DNA from: Paramoeba atlantica
Taxonomy: Eukaryota > Protista > Discosea
Direction: 5' to 3'
Length of the DNA stretch: 64,000 nucleotides
Assembly: GCA_977017575.1 (NCBI GenBank)
Contig: CDRNVI010000030.1
Coordinates: 620,001-684,000 of the forward strand
Shown here: piece after piece, positions 12,861 to 24,657 of the stretch
Layout: each line of letters begins with the position of its first letter
Numbering within the stretch: the first letter of the stretch is position 1
Notes under the pieces: generated by a model
Told to the model about the DNA's origin: nothing
The model's input: the letters and a program-made list of their open reading frames with translations, nothing else
Database searches by the model: none
Made by a program: the position numbers and the translations under genes

Positions 12861-13040
12861 TACAAAGGATATGTTTACGATATTAGGGACTTAATGATAC
12901 TACTATATTAGCGGAATTCTATACGAACGGCTTAACGTTCGTCAAAGGGTTTGATGTTATGGACGTTCAAATGGTCTTGTACACTAAATGAAACCAGTAC
13001 TACTACTCTTGTACATCTTATTGATAGGATATAGTCCGGC

Positions 13041-14810
13041 ATGTACATCCCTCTTCTGTCGGGAAATAGTCATGACATTGGACAGAGAGCATCGTATCGA
13101 GGGAGCATTAATAATCCTTCTACACCTTTAGATAAATTAGTTAATGTGAAGGGGGCTATCCTTAAGACATCTGAGGACAAGTCAACCGGAACAGTCATCG
13201 CAATGCCCGTCGTTTGTCAAGCCCTGTAACTACTCCAGGAAGATCCTGTTTCGGAAGATAGATTTGAAGATCTGTGTATTTCGCGTCCCGCCAACACAAA
13301 GTGGGCAGCTCATCTAAAATACCTTTGGGACGTAGGTGTTTTTGATCCCTACGTCCACGTGGCTGGGTCCCGGGGGCCGATATTGAGTCGTTATTTCGGA
13401 GTAAATAAAACAGAAAACTTGGCACGAGCTATTTTTGATCCCCGCGAATTAAACAGCATGTCGAGCAACTCCACGATAGCATTTTCATTATTAAATATCG
13501 AAGATATGCTTCAAGTTTTGAGCTCAACCGATACTTCTCTTTGTCGTCTCAGGGCAATACATTTTGACATAAGAAACGCATACTATCAAATTCCAATTGG
13601 AATAGCCTTACGGCGACGTTGCTGTGTTCGTCTGGGAAATATTGTCCTACAGGCCTGTGTTTTGCCAATGGGTTATTCTAAAGCGTGCGGCATATGCCAG
13701 GCGCTTGTCTGGGGAGTGTTAATCAAGCTTACACATGCCGAGCGAGTTGAGCTTCATGTACCGGAAGAAGTCCTATCATGGAAGGAAGCACCAAGCGTTT
13801 TACGCTTGGAAGATGGAGGCTACATTATAGTAGTATACGATTCAGTTTGTATGCACGTCTCTGCCTCTTGCCAGAAACGTTGGGAACTAGTATTGAAGCG
13901 CAATTTTATATCTCGTGCAAAAATGCATCTAAAATATATTAAGTCAGAATCGACTTGTTCTGTGTTCAATTTTTGCGGCATATCTATCCAGCAATCCTCC
14001 GTGGGACTGTCTTGGTCTATAGAGAATTCATCGCTTGAAAAATGGCAGGCGGCTGCTAAGTTTCCAGTTCGCCCAACCCCACGTACATATTTTAGTTTTC
14101 TTGGATTCGTACGCTTCGCTCTCCCTTTGTTTCGTCTTCCTAAGAGAACTTTAGGAAGATACACGAAATTGCAAAGTGTTTTGGGAAAAATCGATCCAAA
14201 TTGGGACCGAGAGGATTCTCGCATTATTGTATTGCTCGGGGGTCTTGTAGACTTGATTCTATCTTTTAAAAGGGTATGGTCCTACGCGGGTTCGTTCAAC
14301 TCATTCACAAAGAATGGCTTTGATTTAATTGCTTGCGATGCGACGCCTTTTCGATGGGCGGAATGGACCTTAACAAGGGAAGATGTAGTTCAAGAAAAAC
14401 TGGAGGGTAGTTTTGCGAAAGAAATTCGGATTGAGAGTGCCGAAACTTACGCGCTTCACAAAGGAATTGAAGCGGCGCTCCGCAGAAAGTCAAAAGCTAT
14501 AGCAGTTTCGACGGACAATACAGTAGCAGGTCGTTCTCTGGAACGCGGCTATTCAAGATCAGAAGAAGTAGACAATATTGTTCGTAGTATATGTCAAAGC
14601 TTGGAGGGCTGTAACGCCTCCCTCACAGTTGCTGATTTACGCACTACCGACAACATTGCTGACGTCGGAAATAGGCCGCATAAAGAATATCACTTTTTGG
14701 ATGAATCCTCTCGAATGGATTCAACGGTTAAAGCATTAGATGCTGCTATTCATGACTATCTTAGATATGGTAGGACGTATCTAAGCAGGTGTGACCTTGA
14801 ACACAGTTAG
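13041..14810 (+). pseudogene. Reverse transcriptase plus DIRS-type RNase H (5' part disrupted; main ORF 13359-14810)
   Basis: HFDIRNAYYQ, LPMG, and VVYDS at the RT catalytic position. RNase H motifs CDAT, E, TDNT and NIAD. Confidence 0.85.
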
Positions 14811-15517
14811 AGAAAACTCATACATGTATTTGCCGAGTACATTTAGAGGCACATACTGAGCGCATCAAATAGTGAACTTTGTCCGTCCTGTTCGAGAGTA
14901 GAGAATAATGTGATACAGGTTTGGGGCAGGGGATAATGCAGTAGGAATTACCAAGTGAATAACCAATGGTGCGGAACTATGCGTCCGTACTGTGCGGCTC
15001 ACTCCAGGTACCCTGCTGGCGGTAATGCCCGCCGGAGGAGGTCCAGGACACCCCTGCCCTTTTTTTGATCTCCTCCACACCAACCCCAAAACAACCATAC
15101 TTTCATTCTGTATGTACTCACGCTACCTTGCATGTATATCATAGCATTACTAATCTGTCACCATATACATATTCACGATCTTGTATTATGAGATCAGCCC
15201 TCTGCGCTTGTGTGTGAAATATAGTTTTCCGCCCAAGGACAGAAAACCTTTACTTTATATTTTTTTCTTCTACTATATTACTGTGTTCCTCTTTATATTT
15301 TCACTTTTTTTGTTCACTTAGTTTTCAATAATCGAGGGTAGAGCGGTAGTTTTACAACCACCGCAATAAAAATATCTTAATAAAAATTGTTATCTTAATA
15401 AAAATTGTTATCTTCATAAAAATTGTTGAGAGTTTGGAGCCTTCTATACCTGTATACTCTCCCTCTCATTAATTTTTATATATTATAAATTATAACAAGA
15501 AGTGAGTTATAATTATA

Positions 15518-16421
15518 TTGCGGTGGTTGTAAAACTACCGCTCTACACTCGATTATTGAAAAAAAAGTGAACAAAAACAGTGAAAATATATAATAGAGGA
15601 ACACAGTAATATAATAGAAGAAAAAAATATAAAAGGGGGCTCCGGTGGTCCAAAACTGAAAAAAAAATTTGAAAAAAATGGGGGGTCCATGGGGGGGTCC
15701 AGGGGGGGGTCCAGGGGGGGGGGCATGGTCGAGCAAATTTTTTCGAAAAAATTAGTTTTCGAAAAAAAACCGGAGAAAGGGTAGCCGGGGTCTTGGCGCG
15801 CATTTTCCACCCCCCTACCCGGGGGTGACCCCCCCGCGTATCCGCAGGACGGGTCCGCCAAGTTCGGATTTTTTCGGAAAAATTTTTTTGAAAAAAAGTT
15901 CAACTTGGCGGAAAAAATGGTAAAAAAATATTTTTCCAAGATCGTTTCCCCTATTGTATTTTGATAGTTTGGGACCTACACTAGCTTTCTACGCAGTTGT
16001 TTTCGCAAGGTATCACTTCTTCGAACTGTGGTGCGCCCCCCAAAATGACCCATTTTTGACTAAAAAAGGTGAAAAAGTATTTTTCGGACCTAAAGGGGCA
16101 TTTTTGTGTCGAAAAAATGGTATGGTTGGAGTCTCATTCTCTACCCAATACGTTCGGGAGGCTTTCATTCATGCCTGCGAGTGATTTCCCACGCGCAAAT
16201 GTCGGATTTAGTGCTCTGAGAGCAAATCTACGCGAAAATCACCCCATTTTTACCCGAAATTCGGCTATTTTTGGGCATAATCTTTCCGTTTTCCAGGCTA
16301 AATTTTCTTTTTTAGGCTCTTCGTTAAACGCGGCGGTAGTTTTCAACGCGAAGCGCGCAGCATGAGTGACTTCTAAGTTGAAAGCAACCACCGCGTTTAA
16401 CGAAGAGCCTAAAAAAGAAAA
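15518..16421 (+). repeat. Repeat A, full copy
   Basis: Starts TTGCGGTGGTTGTAAAACTACCGC (small hairpin), has poly-G tracts and ends in a ~117-nt hairpin. At least 15 copies or fragments in the window. Confidence 0.92.
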
Positions 16422-16459
16422 TATAAAAATTAATGATCCCGTATAAATGACCGCTATTC

Positions 16460-16650
16460 CAAAAAAAGGTCGGCTTTAGTACGATCTGTAAGATGGTAGT
16501 GCCAGGGAAGACCGCGAGTAGGTCCCGACCATGCTTCCCCATGCTGTTTTTTTTCAGTGAATCGCGTTTTACAAAAATCAGTATCTTCATCTCAGAAAGA
16601 AAATCCCCCCCAAAAAGATTGTCTTTTCCCCTACATGTGCATTTTTTCAC
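16460..16650. repeat. Diverged fragment of the 48842/63263 element family
   Basis: AAGGTCGGC.TTAGTAC.ATCTG...GGGAAGACCGCGAG.AGGTCCCGACCATGCTTCCCCATGCTG is shared with 49020-49100. Confidence 0.7.
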
Positions 16651-17222
16651 GAATCAATCTAATATCTGAAGCTGAGCGGGTTGAAACTAGAGATTTACGA
16701 TCCCGACCGATCCCACCTGTCCTGGTTGAATTTACGTGGAAGAAAAGACTTGGTGAAAACGCGAGTTCTAGAAGAACTCCTAGGATCCGGCAGTGCAATA
16801 TGCATTACGACATAGGATTGCGACCGAGCAACGAAGACGCTCCTTCGGACAAATTAGGCCCGCAGTCGGCTGGGCGACTTATCCGCTTTTTCCTATTTTT
16901 TCGACTTTTTGGCAGGCTAAGTCAAGGGAGGGGGGGTGACGGTACATCTAAAAACGCATAAAAGAAACATTTCTTTAAGAAAGTAAGTGATATTACATGC
17001 CTTCTATGCCTCCAGCATAGAAATCAACCATTTGCGCTTTTCTGTAAGAAATTTCTTCGAAGCGCGTCCATCCACGTTCACAAAATAATCCATCTTAAGT
17101 AGAATAACAGAAAAAATTCTTTGGTTTACAAAAAAATTAAGAAATAGCGTTCGATAAATTTCATGGTCGAGCAATTGACATTTCATGTCATGGTCGAGCA
17201 ATTTTTTATGAAAAAAATATTT

Positions 17223-18787
17223 GGGTCAACTGCAGTCAAAATGTACCCTAAATTTGTTTTTTCTAAAAACTGTATATTTCCATCACATATGTGTTCCTTT
17301 TTTGTTTTTACGCAAATTTGCATATGAATAAGACAATTTACCGATAATTCCTGCCTCGTCTACAACAAATTCGATAGGTCTTCTGATGAAAATTCCGATT
17401 TTAATAGAACTGAATGGTTTTCATCCACCCCAAGTTCCCGCATCAAAATGAAATATATATGCTTACATCGATTGCCCAGACGTCCGTCACGGCAAGTGCA
17501 TCGAGCACCACCAGGACCAACATAAATAGTGTAGTGGCGGTCAGTGGCACTTTTTATCATATACTTGTGGAATCCCATTTCATCCCTTCCATATCTGCGT
17601 TTGAGTCTTATATGTTCAGTGAGCGCTCGACCTAGTCGCGTGGTTGGGCTTTCATAATCTTCCTGAAAGTCCTCACTAGAGTCACTGGAAACTTCCGCAT
17701 CTTCTTCATTTGACTGATCTCCGTATACCGCGCTATTGTCAGAGGAGTATCTCGCCATAACAGTCATAAGGTTCTGAAAACGCTTTTTAGCTTCCGCCTT
17801 GAAGAAGACTGTGCAAATAAAATGCGCTCGTGCCTGAGAGCTTTCCAAACTTCTGCCCCATTTGTGAAAAAAACGCTTGCAGTAACCCTTTACACTGGCA
17901 TGGGCAGACTCTGCGTTGTTGATATGAATGTTGACGTGCGGGGAGTGCTCTCGCGAGAATGCATCAGCGTGGCAAATAGTGTAATGTCGGCAAAAGGCAT
18001 CGATTCCACGATATGCAGCCCATTCATCAGTAATTACCATGGCATTTCTATTTTCTATGACTGATCGGACAAATCTGTGGCAAACCTCTCTCGTTCGGCG
18101 AACCGTTGCCTCCCAGTATGTTTGCAATGATTTCCCGGTGTTTGGATCAACCTCTGTAGCCGTCATAAACCAGAACTTTTGTTTGCGGACTTGTCTCCCG
18201 CGATGGTGCAGGCGTTTCCCAATGTATGTCTCATCCACCATAACGTACTTCATGAGCATGTGCGGGGAACGGGGAATGCTGAATATGCGTTCAATTTCAC
18301 TTAGGTCTGTAAGAACTGAACGAAGAGACCTGAGCGCTTGCAAAGCTGCGTTCAAGGGCAGGTTACCTTGCGCTAGAAGCAGCCAACATCGAAATTTATC
18401 AACAATTCGACAGTTTAAAGGAAAAAAGGGGCCAAATTTCGGAATTTTTAGGCGGCACTTCGAACCGTCTTCGAGTTTTTTGAAGCATTGATCGCTTCTC
18501 GGTTTCTCTTTGCAGCGAAGACACTGTGTATAAGCCCCGAAAGAGTGATTTACTAGCCAGGAAACAACATTCTCTGACGTTATTTGCAAAATTGACGTAA
18601 GTAGCGTCAAGCACGCAAAAGGTCTACACCCTGAGCAGTCCATTCAATGGTTTCAGACGTAAACAAAGCTTAAAAGTGGGTGAAAATGACTCAAAACTAT
18701 CAAGTAAATAATTAATCACACATATTTTTTTGACAAAAAAAAGTAAAAAAAAATGAAATTTAGGGTACAGTTTGACTGCATATTACC
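17223..18787 (-). mobile_element. Merlin (IS1595-like) DNA transposon inserted in a Repeat A copy
   Basis: TIRs GG(G)T....TGCAGTCAAA.TGTACCCTAAATT. AAAATATTT is duplicated at 17214-17222 and 18788-18796. Flanks join to Repeat A (17162-17222 plus 18788-19361). Confidence 0.85.
17360..18643 (-). CDS. Merlin/ISXO2-like transposase with C-terminal SWIM zinc finger
   Basis: VDETYIG, ITDEWAAY, HINNAES (DDE), then CTCRDGRLGNRCKH (CxCxnCxH). Uninterrupted frame. Confidence 0.85.
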   Translation of the reverse strand: MDCSGCRPFACLTLLTSILQITSENVVSWLVNHSFGAYTQCLRCKEKPRSDQCFKKLEDGSKCRLKIPKFGPFFPLNCRIVDKFRCWLLLAQGNLPLNAALQALRSLRSVLTDLSEIERIFSIPRSPHMLMKYVMVDETYIGKRLHHRGRQVRKQKFWFMTATEVDPNTGKSLQTYWEATVRRTREVCHRFVRSVIENRNAMVITDEWAAYRGIDAFCRHYTICHADAFSREHSPHVNIHINNAESAHASVKGYCKRFFHKWGRSLESSQARAHFICTVFFKAEAKKRFQNLMTVMARYSSDNSAVYGDQSNEEDAEVSSDSSEDFQEDYESPTTRLGRALTEHIRLKRRYGRDEMGFHKYMIKSATDRHYTIYVGPGGARCTCRDGRLGNRCKHIYFILMRELGVDENHSVLLKSEFSSEDLSNLL

Positions 18788-19366
18788 AAAATATTTTTCG
18801 AAATAAAGTCGCAGAAGGGGTAGCCGGGCTCTTGGCGCGTATTTTCCACCCCCCTACCCGGGGGTGACCCCCCTGCGTATCCGCAGGACGGGTCCACCAA
18901 GTTCGGATTCTTTCGGATTTTGTTTTTGAAAAAAAATTCAACTTGGCGAAAAAAATGGCAAAAAAAATATTTTTTCAAAATCCTTTGCCCTATTGTATTT
19001 TGATAGCTTGGTTTCCGCACCGTTGTTTTCGCAAGATATCCCTTCTTGCAGCCGTGGTAGGCCTCCCAAAATAACCCATTTTTGAATAGAAAAAGTGAAA
19101 AAGTATTTTTCGGACCCCAAGGGGCTTTTTTGTATCCAAAGAATGGTGTGGTTGGAGTTGCATTCTCTACCCAATATGTTCGGTGGGCTTTCATTCATGT
19201 CTACGGGTGATTTCCCACACGCAAAGGTCTGATTTAGTGCTCTGAGAGCAAAAATACGCAAAAATGACCCCATTTTTACCTAAAAATCGGCTATTTTTGG
19301 CTACGATCATTCCGTTTCTTCTAAGTTGAAAACAACCACCGTGTTTAACGAAGAGCCTAAACAAAA

Positions 19367-21788
19367 TTGCGGTGGTTGTATAGCTACCGCTCTACCCTCG
19401 ATTATTGCCAAAAAAAGTGAACAAAAACAGTGAAAATATAAAGGGGAACACAGTAATACATAGCTTGGACTAGTAAACTAGTAATTACTAAAAGTAGTAA
19501 ACAGGCTAGTAATTACTACTAGTAATTACTAAAGTTACTACTTTTTTGGTCACGTACTTTTGGTCAGATTTAGGTAACATGTTAAGCTTTGGAAGAGCTC
19601 TACTTTACAGAAACGGTATTTTTATTGTTGTGGAGACTGAATATCACCATCCTCCATTCATCTGAATATCTCAATACTATTCTCAACATTAATATTTCAA
19701 TATTGATGTGTACTACAAAACATACTCCAAAACGTAAGCTCCGATAAATAAACTGATATCAATTTTTAAACTTAGTCATTCTGTTCACATGGGGGAAAAC
19801 AAAGCGATTGAATAGAGCCCACGGAAAAAATCCACATGAAAACAGAAGCAAAACTCGTAAGCACAATCGAGCACATAATTTAATTTTTACCAGCTCCGAA
19901 AATGACATGCTCGCCCAAGTTCAAAGTCCGTCCTGCATATCTCGCACAATGATGCAAAAAGAAAAAATGATGATAATTCAAAATCGAGGGTTCGCCCAAG
20001 TTCGAAATCCTTCGTACAGTTTGCGCACAATAGAGTAATGCAAATAAGAGTTCTACAAAACCCGTAAATTACCTCGAAGAAACATCTGCGTTGACACAAC
20101 GTCAGTACCAATAGAAGCTTGGCGAGCTGAGTACTTGTGACCTAATATGGAGAGTATAGAGTCACAGCCACAAAGTAGCCTTTGTGCTTGGGGTGGTAAA
20201 TCGGGGGCAGTACGAAATGCTTACGACCAACGTACAAAATCGCAATCAGGACATGCTCATGTAATACGGTATCAACCCCACCATCCACTGCCATGCCAAA
20301 AAACGTTGCTCGATCAAGCTGTTCATTGACCAAGGCCCACACCTTGTCGGCGACGCGGCGTTCGTAGCGGTGAAACACCTTCGCACTAGGTGTTGCGTCG
20401 ATGACATCCTTTGAAACTATTTTCGAGGGGCGGAGAGCTTCATATTCTGCAACGAACTTAAGGAAAGCATCCGTCGACAGACTATGTTTCGCGGCAAGAC
20501 GTGGCCAATCAATTTGTACAAACTGCTGGACTTGGGCTTTCTGTGATTTCGCATCTACTTGTGCGTCGTTGTCGCTGATTGCGCCTGTGCAAGTCTTTAA
20601 GTGCTTATAGCACAATGCTTCAATCCTACTGTGTGTTATAAAAGAGCATTGCGTACATTTCACGTGTCTAGCGTGACCCATGCTGTCGCATTTAATGGTG
20701 TTGACGGGGTTTTCGGCATTTTTTACGGCCCAAGCTTCACATCCTTTTTCAGCGCATGTGAAGTCACATCTCTCATAAACCAAGATGTTTTGATTTCTGA
20801 GAGAATCGAACGATAGGGGGTCATTTCCAATATTGCTTCTTCCTCTACGAGGGCGAGGAGAATCCTGGATCAACGCATTTTCCGCGTTAACCGCTATTTG
20901 TGTTGGAGTTGTTTCTAGTCGCTCCATTACGGCAGCCGCGTTTTCTCGATGAGCTTGCGCAGTGGCGTTCCTGCGTCTTCGAGTGTTCGGGGGAGAAGGG
21001 TACTCGATCGGACTTTTCATTTTGTGAAAAAGTGCTGGAGCTTAAAATAAGTTTAGAACGTCAAATAATGAGGATGTCACGTACATTCTATTTTCTTCGC
21101 ACTAAATTATTTAATACAATGTATATTTAAAATATACATTGTATGCAAAATTTACGTGTGGGAAAAAAGTAGTAATTACTACTTTTTAAGTAGTAACTTT
21201 AGTAACTACTATAGTAATTACTAGTTTACTAGTCTAAGCTATGGTAATATAATAGAAGAAAAAAATATAAAATATTAGATATGGGATCGGGTGGTCCAGA
21301 ATTGCAAAAAATAGAGGGTCCATGGGGGGGTCCAGGGGGGGGGCATACGTCGTTTTTTGAAATTTGCAAACTCTCGATTTTCGAAATCGAGCGCTGGGGT
21401 CCGACAAGGTGAAAATTTCCGAAATGTTTGGGGTGACCAAAAAAAACATTTTTTTGACCCAAAAAAGAGTAGAAATATTAATTTTACAAAATCGTGTCCT
21501 AAAACGTATTTTAAGAGTTTGGGACCTCAGCTACCATTTTACGACGTTTTTGTCGACAGATTCGACTCCTGCTCCTACTGGTAATACATCAAAAACGGCC
21601 CAAATTCGGTTTGAAATTTCGCAATTTTCGCCGAATAATCCAGCTTTTTCACCCAAAAAAATAGATTATTCATCTAATCCCCATCTATCTTAAGCCGATT
21701 TTTCTTTTTCAGGCTCTTCGTTAAACGCGGTGGTAGTTTACAACGCGAAGCGCGCAGCATGAGTGACTTCTAAGTTGAAAACAACCAC
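19367..21788 (+). repeat. Diverged Repeat A copy (19367-19458 plus 21244-21788), head-to-tail with the preceding copy and split by a transposon
   Basis: Begins 5 nt after the previous copy's hairpin. Consensus CACAGTAATATAATAG is restored on removing the insertion. Confidence 0.75.
19459..21243 (-). mobile_element. DNA transposon with CATAGCTT TIRs (~80 bp, TAGTAATTAC-rich) and 6-bp TSD (GTAATA); truncated hAT-like transposase (20142-21020)
   Basis: TSD at 19453-19458 and 21244-21249. The ORF has a C2HC finger (CTQC...KHLKTC) and FFGMAVDGGVD...VLIAILY, resembling the first catalytic Asp motif of hAT/DUF4371 proteins. Confidence 0.8.
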
Positions 21789-22372
21789 ATGAGCTCGCTT
21801 TCCTTTGATGGCATGTAAAGCACCAAATTAAAGTTATAAAAAGGAAATATGGCAAATATTGGGCAAAAAAATTTAAAATAGTAATTCGGAGTTTATACTA
21901 CCTTAATATATCGATCTCACGCCCCCAAAAGATCTTTTATGTTACACACTTACAAGAATAGGAACGTACTTACCTACTTTCTTACTTACACTTGGCATTC
22001 TCCACCCTATTTACGTAGGCTTAATTCTAGCGTACCACTTACCTTGGTATTAGCAACAATCTTTGCACGCTTGCTTGTACGTTCTTCAGGAATATCATCC
22101 ACTTCCAAAACTTCAACCTCTGTTTGGGATCCGCTACCTCGTTTCATCTTCATCACATGACATTCCGGTATAAAAGCTGCACGATTTTGTAAGAGAACGT
22201 CTAGGGTCTCTTGTGGAGACATACTTTCCAAATCCAAACCTTTGACGCGACCGAGACATGTAATCTTAATCTTTAACCCCCCCCCCCCCCCCACAGTTAT
22301 TATTCACATTCAAAAGCAGATGCTTTGTGAATAATAAGTGTAATTGTGAATAATATGTGGAACTGACACTTA

Positions 22373-22671
22373 TTGAGGTGGTTGTAAAACTACTGCTCTA
22401 CCCTCGATTGTTGAAAAAAAAGTGAACAAAAACAGTGAAAATATAAAGAGGAACACAGTAATATAATAGAAGAAAAAAATATAAAAGGGGGCTCCGGTGG
22501 TCCAAAACTGAAAAAAAAAATTGAAAAAAATGGGGGGTCCATGGTGGGGGGGTCCAGGGGGGGGTCATGGTCGAGCAAATTTTTTTGAAAAAATTAGTTT
22601 TCGAAAAAAAACCGCAGAAAGGGTAGCCGGGGTCTTGGCGCGCATTTTCCACCCCCCTACCCGGGGGTGAC
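22373..22671 (+). repeat. Repeat A, partial copy
   Basis: Small-hairpin end plus the first ~300 bp of consensus. Confidence 0.85.
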
Positions 22672-22914
22672 TTTTGATATCGACTTTAGAGGACCGTAGA
22701 GGAGGAAGGGGGAACAAGGCACAAAGCAGAAAGCGGATTGCTAGGGGGGATAGTATATAAAAAGCAGCCCCGAAGGGTACTCCGCGTATATAACTCATGA
22801 TAGAAACACGCGCCGCGAAGCGGCGCGAAATTTTTTTTTCACCCTTTCTTTTGACCCGGCTACATAAACGCAATTTTAGGCCAAAACCTGGTTGCGTCTA
22901 AGTGGGGGGGACAG
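22672..22914. mobile_element. Right-end fragment of the 43589-44734 element family
   Basis: Ends TAAGTGGGGGGGACAG|TA and has a CGCGCCGC-GAA-GCGGCGCG hairpin like the one at 44641-44659. Confidence 0.55.
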
Positions 22915-23055
22915 TATGTACAAAATGCAAACCGTGTTTTTGGTGGCCAGCTGGCCAATTTTTCGAGAAAAAAAAATCTGAAAAAAAAATTGTTCCGAAT
23001 TTGTTTTTTTGGCGATCTTGAGCAAATAATTTTTTTTTCGATTTTTTTAGTAAAA

Positions 23056-23130
23056 TGTCGATGTCGGGAATCGAACCGCGGACTTTCAGCGTCAAAATGG
23101 AACCCCTTTACCAACTGGACTACTCAAAGC
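23056..23130 (-). pseudogene. tRNA-like pseudogene (possibly Val-derived)
   Basis: A-box TAGTCCAGTTGG, B-box GGTTCGATTCCC, 3' ATCGACA followed by TTTT. Acceptor and anticodon stems do not pair well. Confidence 0.55.
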
Positions 23131-23540
23131 ACGCTCCTTAGTCAACCAGTTTGTCGTATCGCAGACGTTTGCACACGCACTTTGTTTTACGAAAAACGTT
23201 CTAAAATTTGAGAAATAAGGTTGTTTTAGATGATTTTTAGAGTATTTAAGAGTTCATCTAATGACCTACTGCTACGTTTTGGAATTTTGAAAAAACTCGA
23301 TCTTATGCTTCTTTGGCGATCTTTTTCAGTTTTTGGAATTAACATTAGTAAGCGAGTTAGATACTCCGTATCTCCCTCAATTTCAATATTATAGTGTTAA
23401 TTTGAATAAAGTAGCGCCCTGATTAGCGAAAAATATGATTTTGGTGGATGACAAAGCAAAGGTTTGTCTAAAATCCGGTTCATCATGCCAAAAATTAGCG
23501 ATTTGAATATTATAGCGTTATTTGAATAATATAGTGTTAA

Positions 23541-24417
23541 TTGCGGTGGTTGTAAAACTACCGCTCTACACTCGATTGTTGAAAAAAAAGTGAACAAAAA
23601 CAGTGAAAATATAAAGAGGAACACAGCAATATAATAGAAGAAAAAAATATAAAAGGGGTCTCCGGTGGTCCAAAATTGAAAGAAAAATTGAAAAAAATGG
23701 GGGGTCCAGGGGGGGGGGGTCCAGGGGGCGGGCCCAGGGGGTCATGGTCGAGCAAATGTTTTCGAAAAAAAAACCGCAGAAAGGGTAGCCGGGGTCTTGG
23801 CGTGCATTTTCCACCCCCCTACCCGGGTGACCCCACTGCGTATCCGAAGGACGGGTCCGCCGAGTTCGAATTTTTTCGGAAAAATGTTTGTGAAAAAAAT
23901 TTCAACTTGGCGAAAAAAATGGCAAAAAAAATATTTTTCCAAAATCGTTTCCCCTATTGTTTTTTGATGGTTTGGGACCTACACTAGCTTTCTCCGCAGT
24001 TGTTTTCGCAAGGTATCCCTTCTTCGAACCGTGGTGCGCCACTCAAAATGACCCATTTTTGACTAAAAAAGGTGAAAAAGTATTTTTCGGACCTAAAGGG
24101 GCATTTTGGTGTCGAAAGAATGGTATGGTTGGAATCGCATTCTCTACCCAATACGTTCGGTAGGCTTCCATTCATGCCTACTAGTGATTTCCCACGCGCA
24201 AATGTCGGATTTAGTGCTCTGACAGCAAAAATACGCGAAAATCACCCGATTTGTACCCGAAATTCGACTATTTTTGGCTATAATCTTTCCGTTTTCCAGG
24301 CTAAATTTTCTTTTTTAGGCTCTTCGTTAAACGCGTCGGTAGTTTTCAACGCGAAGCGCGCAGCATGAGTGACTTCTAAGTTGAAGACAACCACCGCGTT
24401 TAACGAAGAGCCTAAAA
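23541..24417 (+). repeat. Repeat A, full copy
   Basis: Both hairpin ends present. ATATTATAGCGTTATT occurs on both flanks. Confidence 0.92.
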
Positions 24418-24657
24418 TATTATAGCGTTATTAAATAATATACCGTTCCCCGGGCTATATGTTGCAGCAAAGTCGGTATCGACCCATTGCAGACAAGAAG
24501 TACACCCGGAAGGAATAATGCAGGGCATGCAACCTACACCCCAGTCAAATTTTATTGTCGCTAATATTCATGGTACAAAAATTATTGAATTTTTAATTAA
24601 AAATGGTCGTTTTTTGCCTGCGTTTTATTTATTTTTATTTTTTGTCAACCGCTCGAG

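Larger units (their letters stand above)
7134..15252 (+). mobile_element. Tyrosine-recombinase retrotransposon (gag - YR - RT/RNase H) with ~193 bp inverted terminal repeats and no TSD
   Basis: 7134-7327 is the near-perfect reverse complement of 15060-15252. It encloses gag, YR and RT/RH ORFs on the plus strand and carries two nested insertions. Confidence 0.88.

Noticed and set aside
23056-23130. Functional tRNA gene
   Set aside because: A and B boxes and a terminator are present, but acceptor and anticodon stems do not pair. Treated as a pseudogene.
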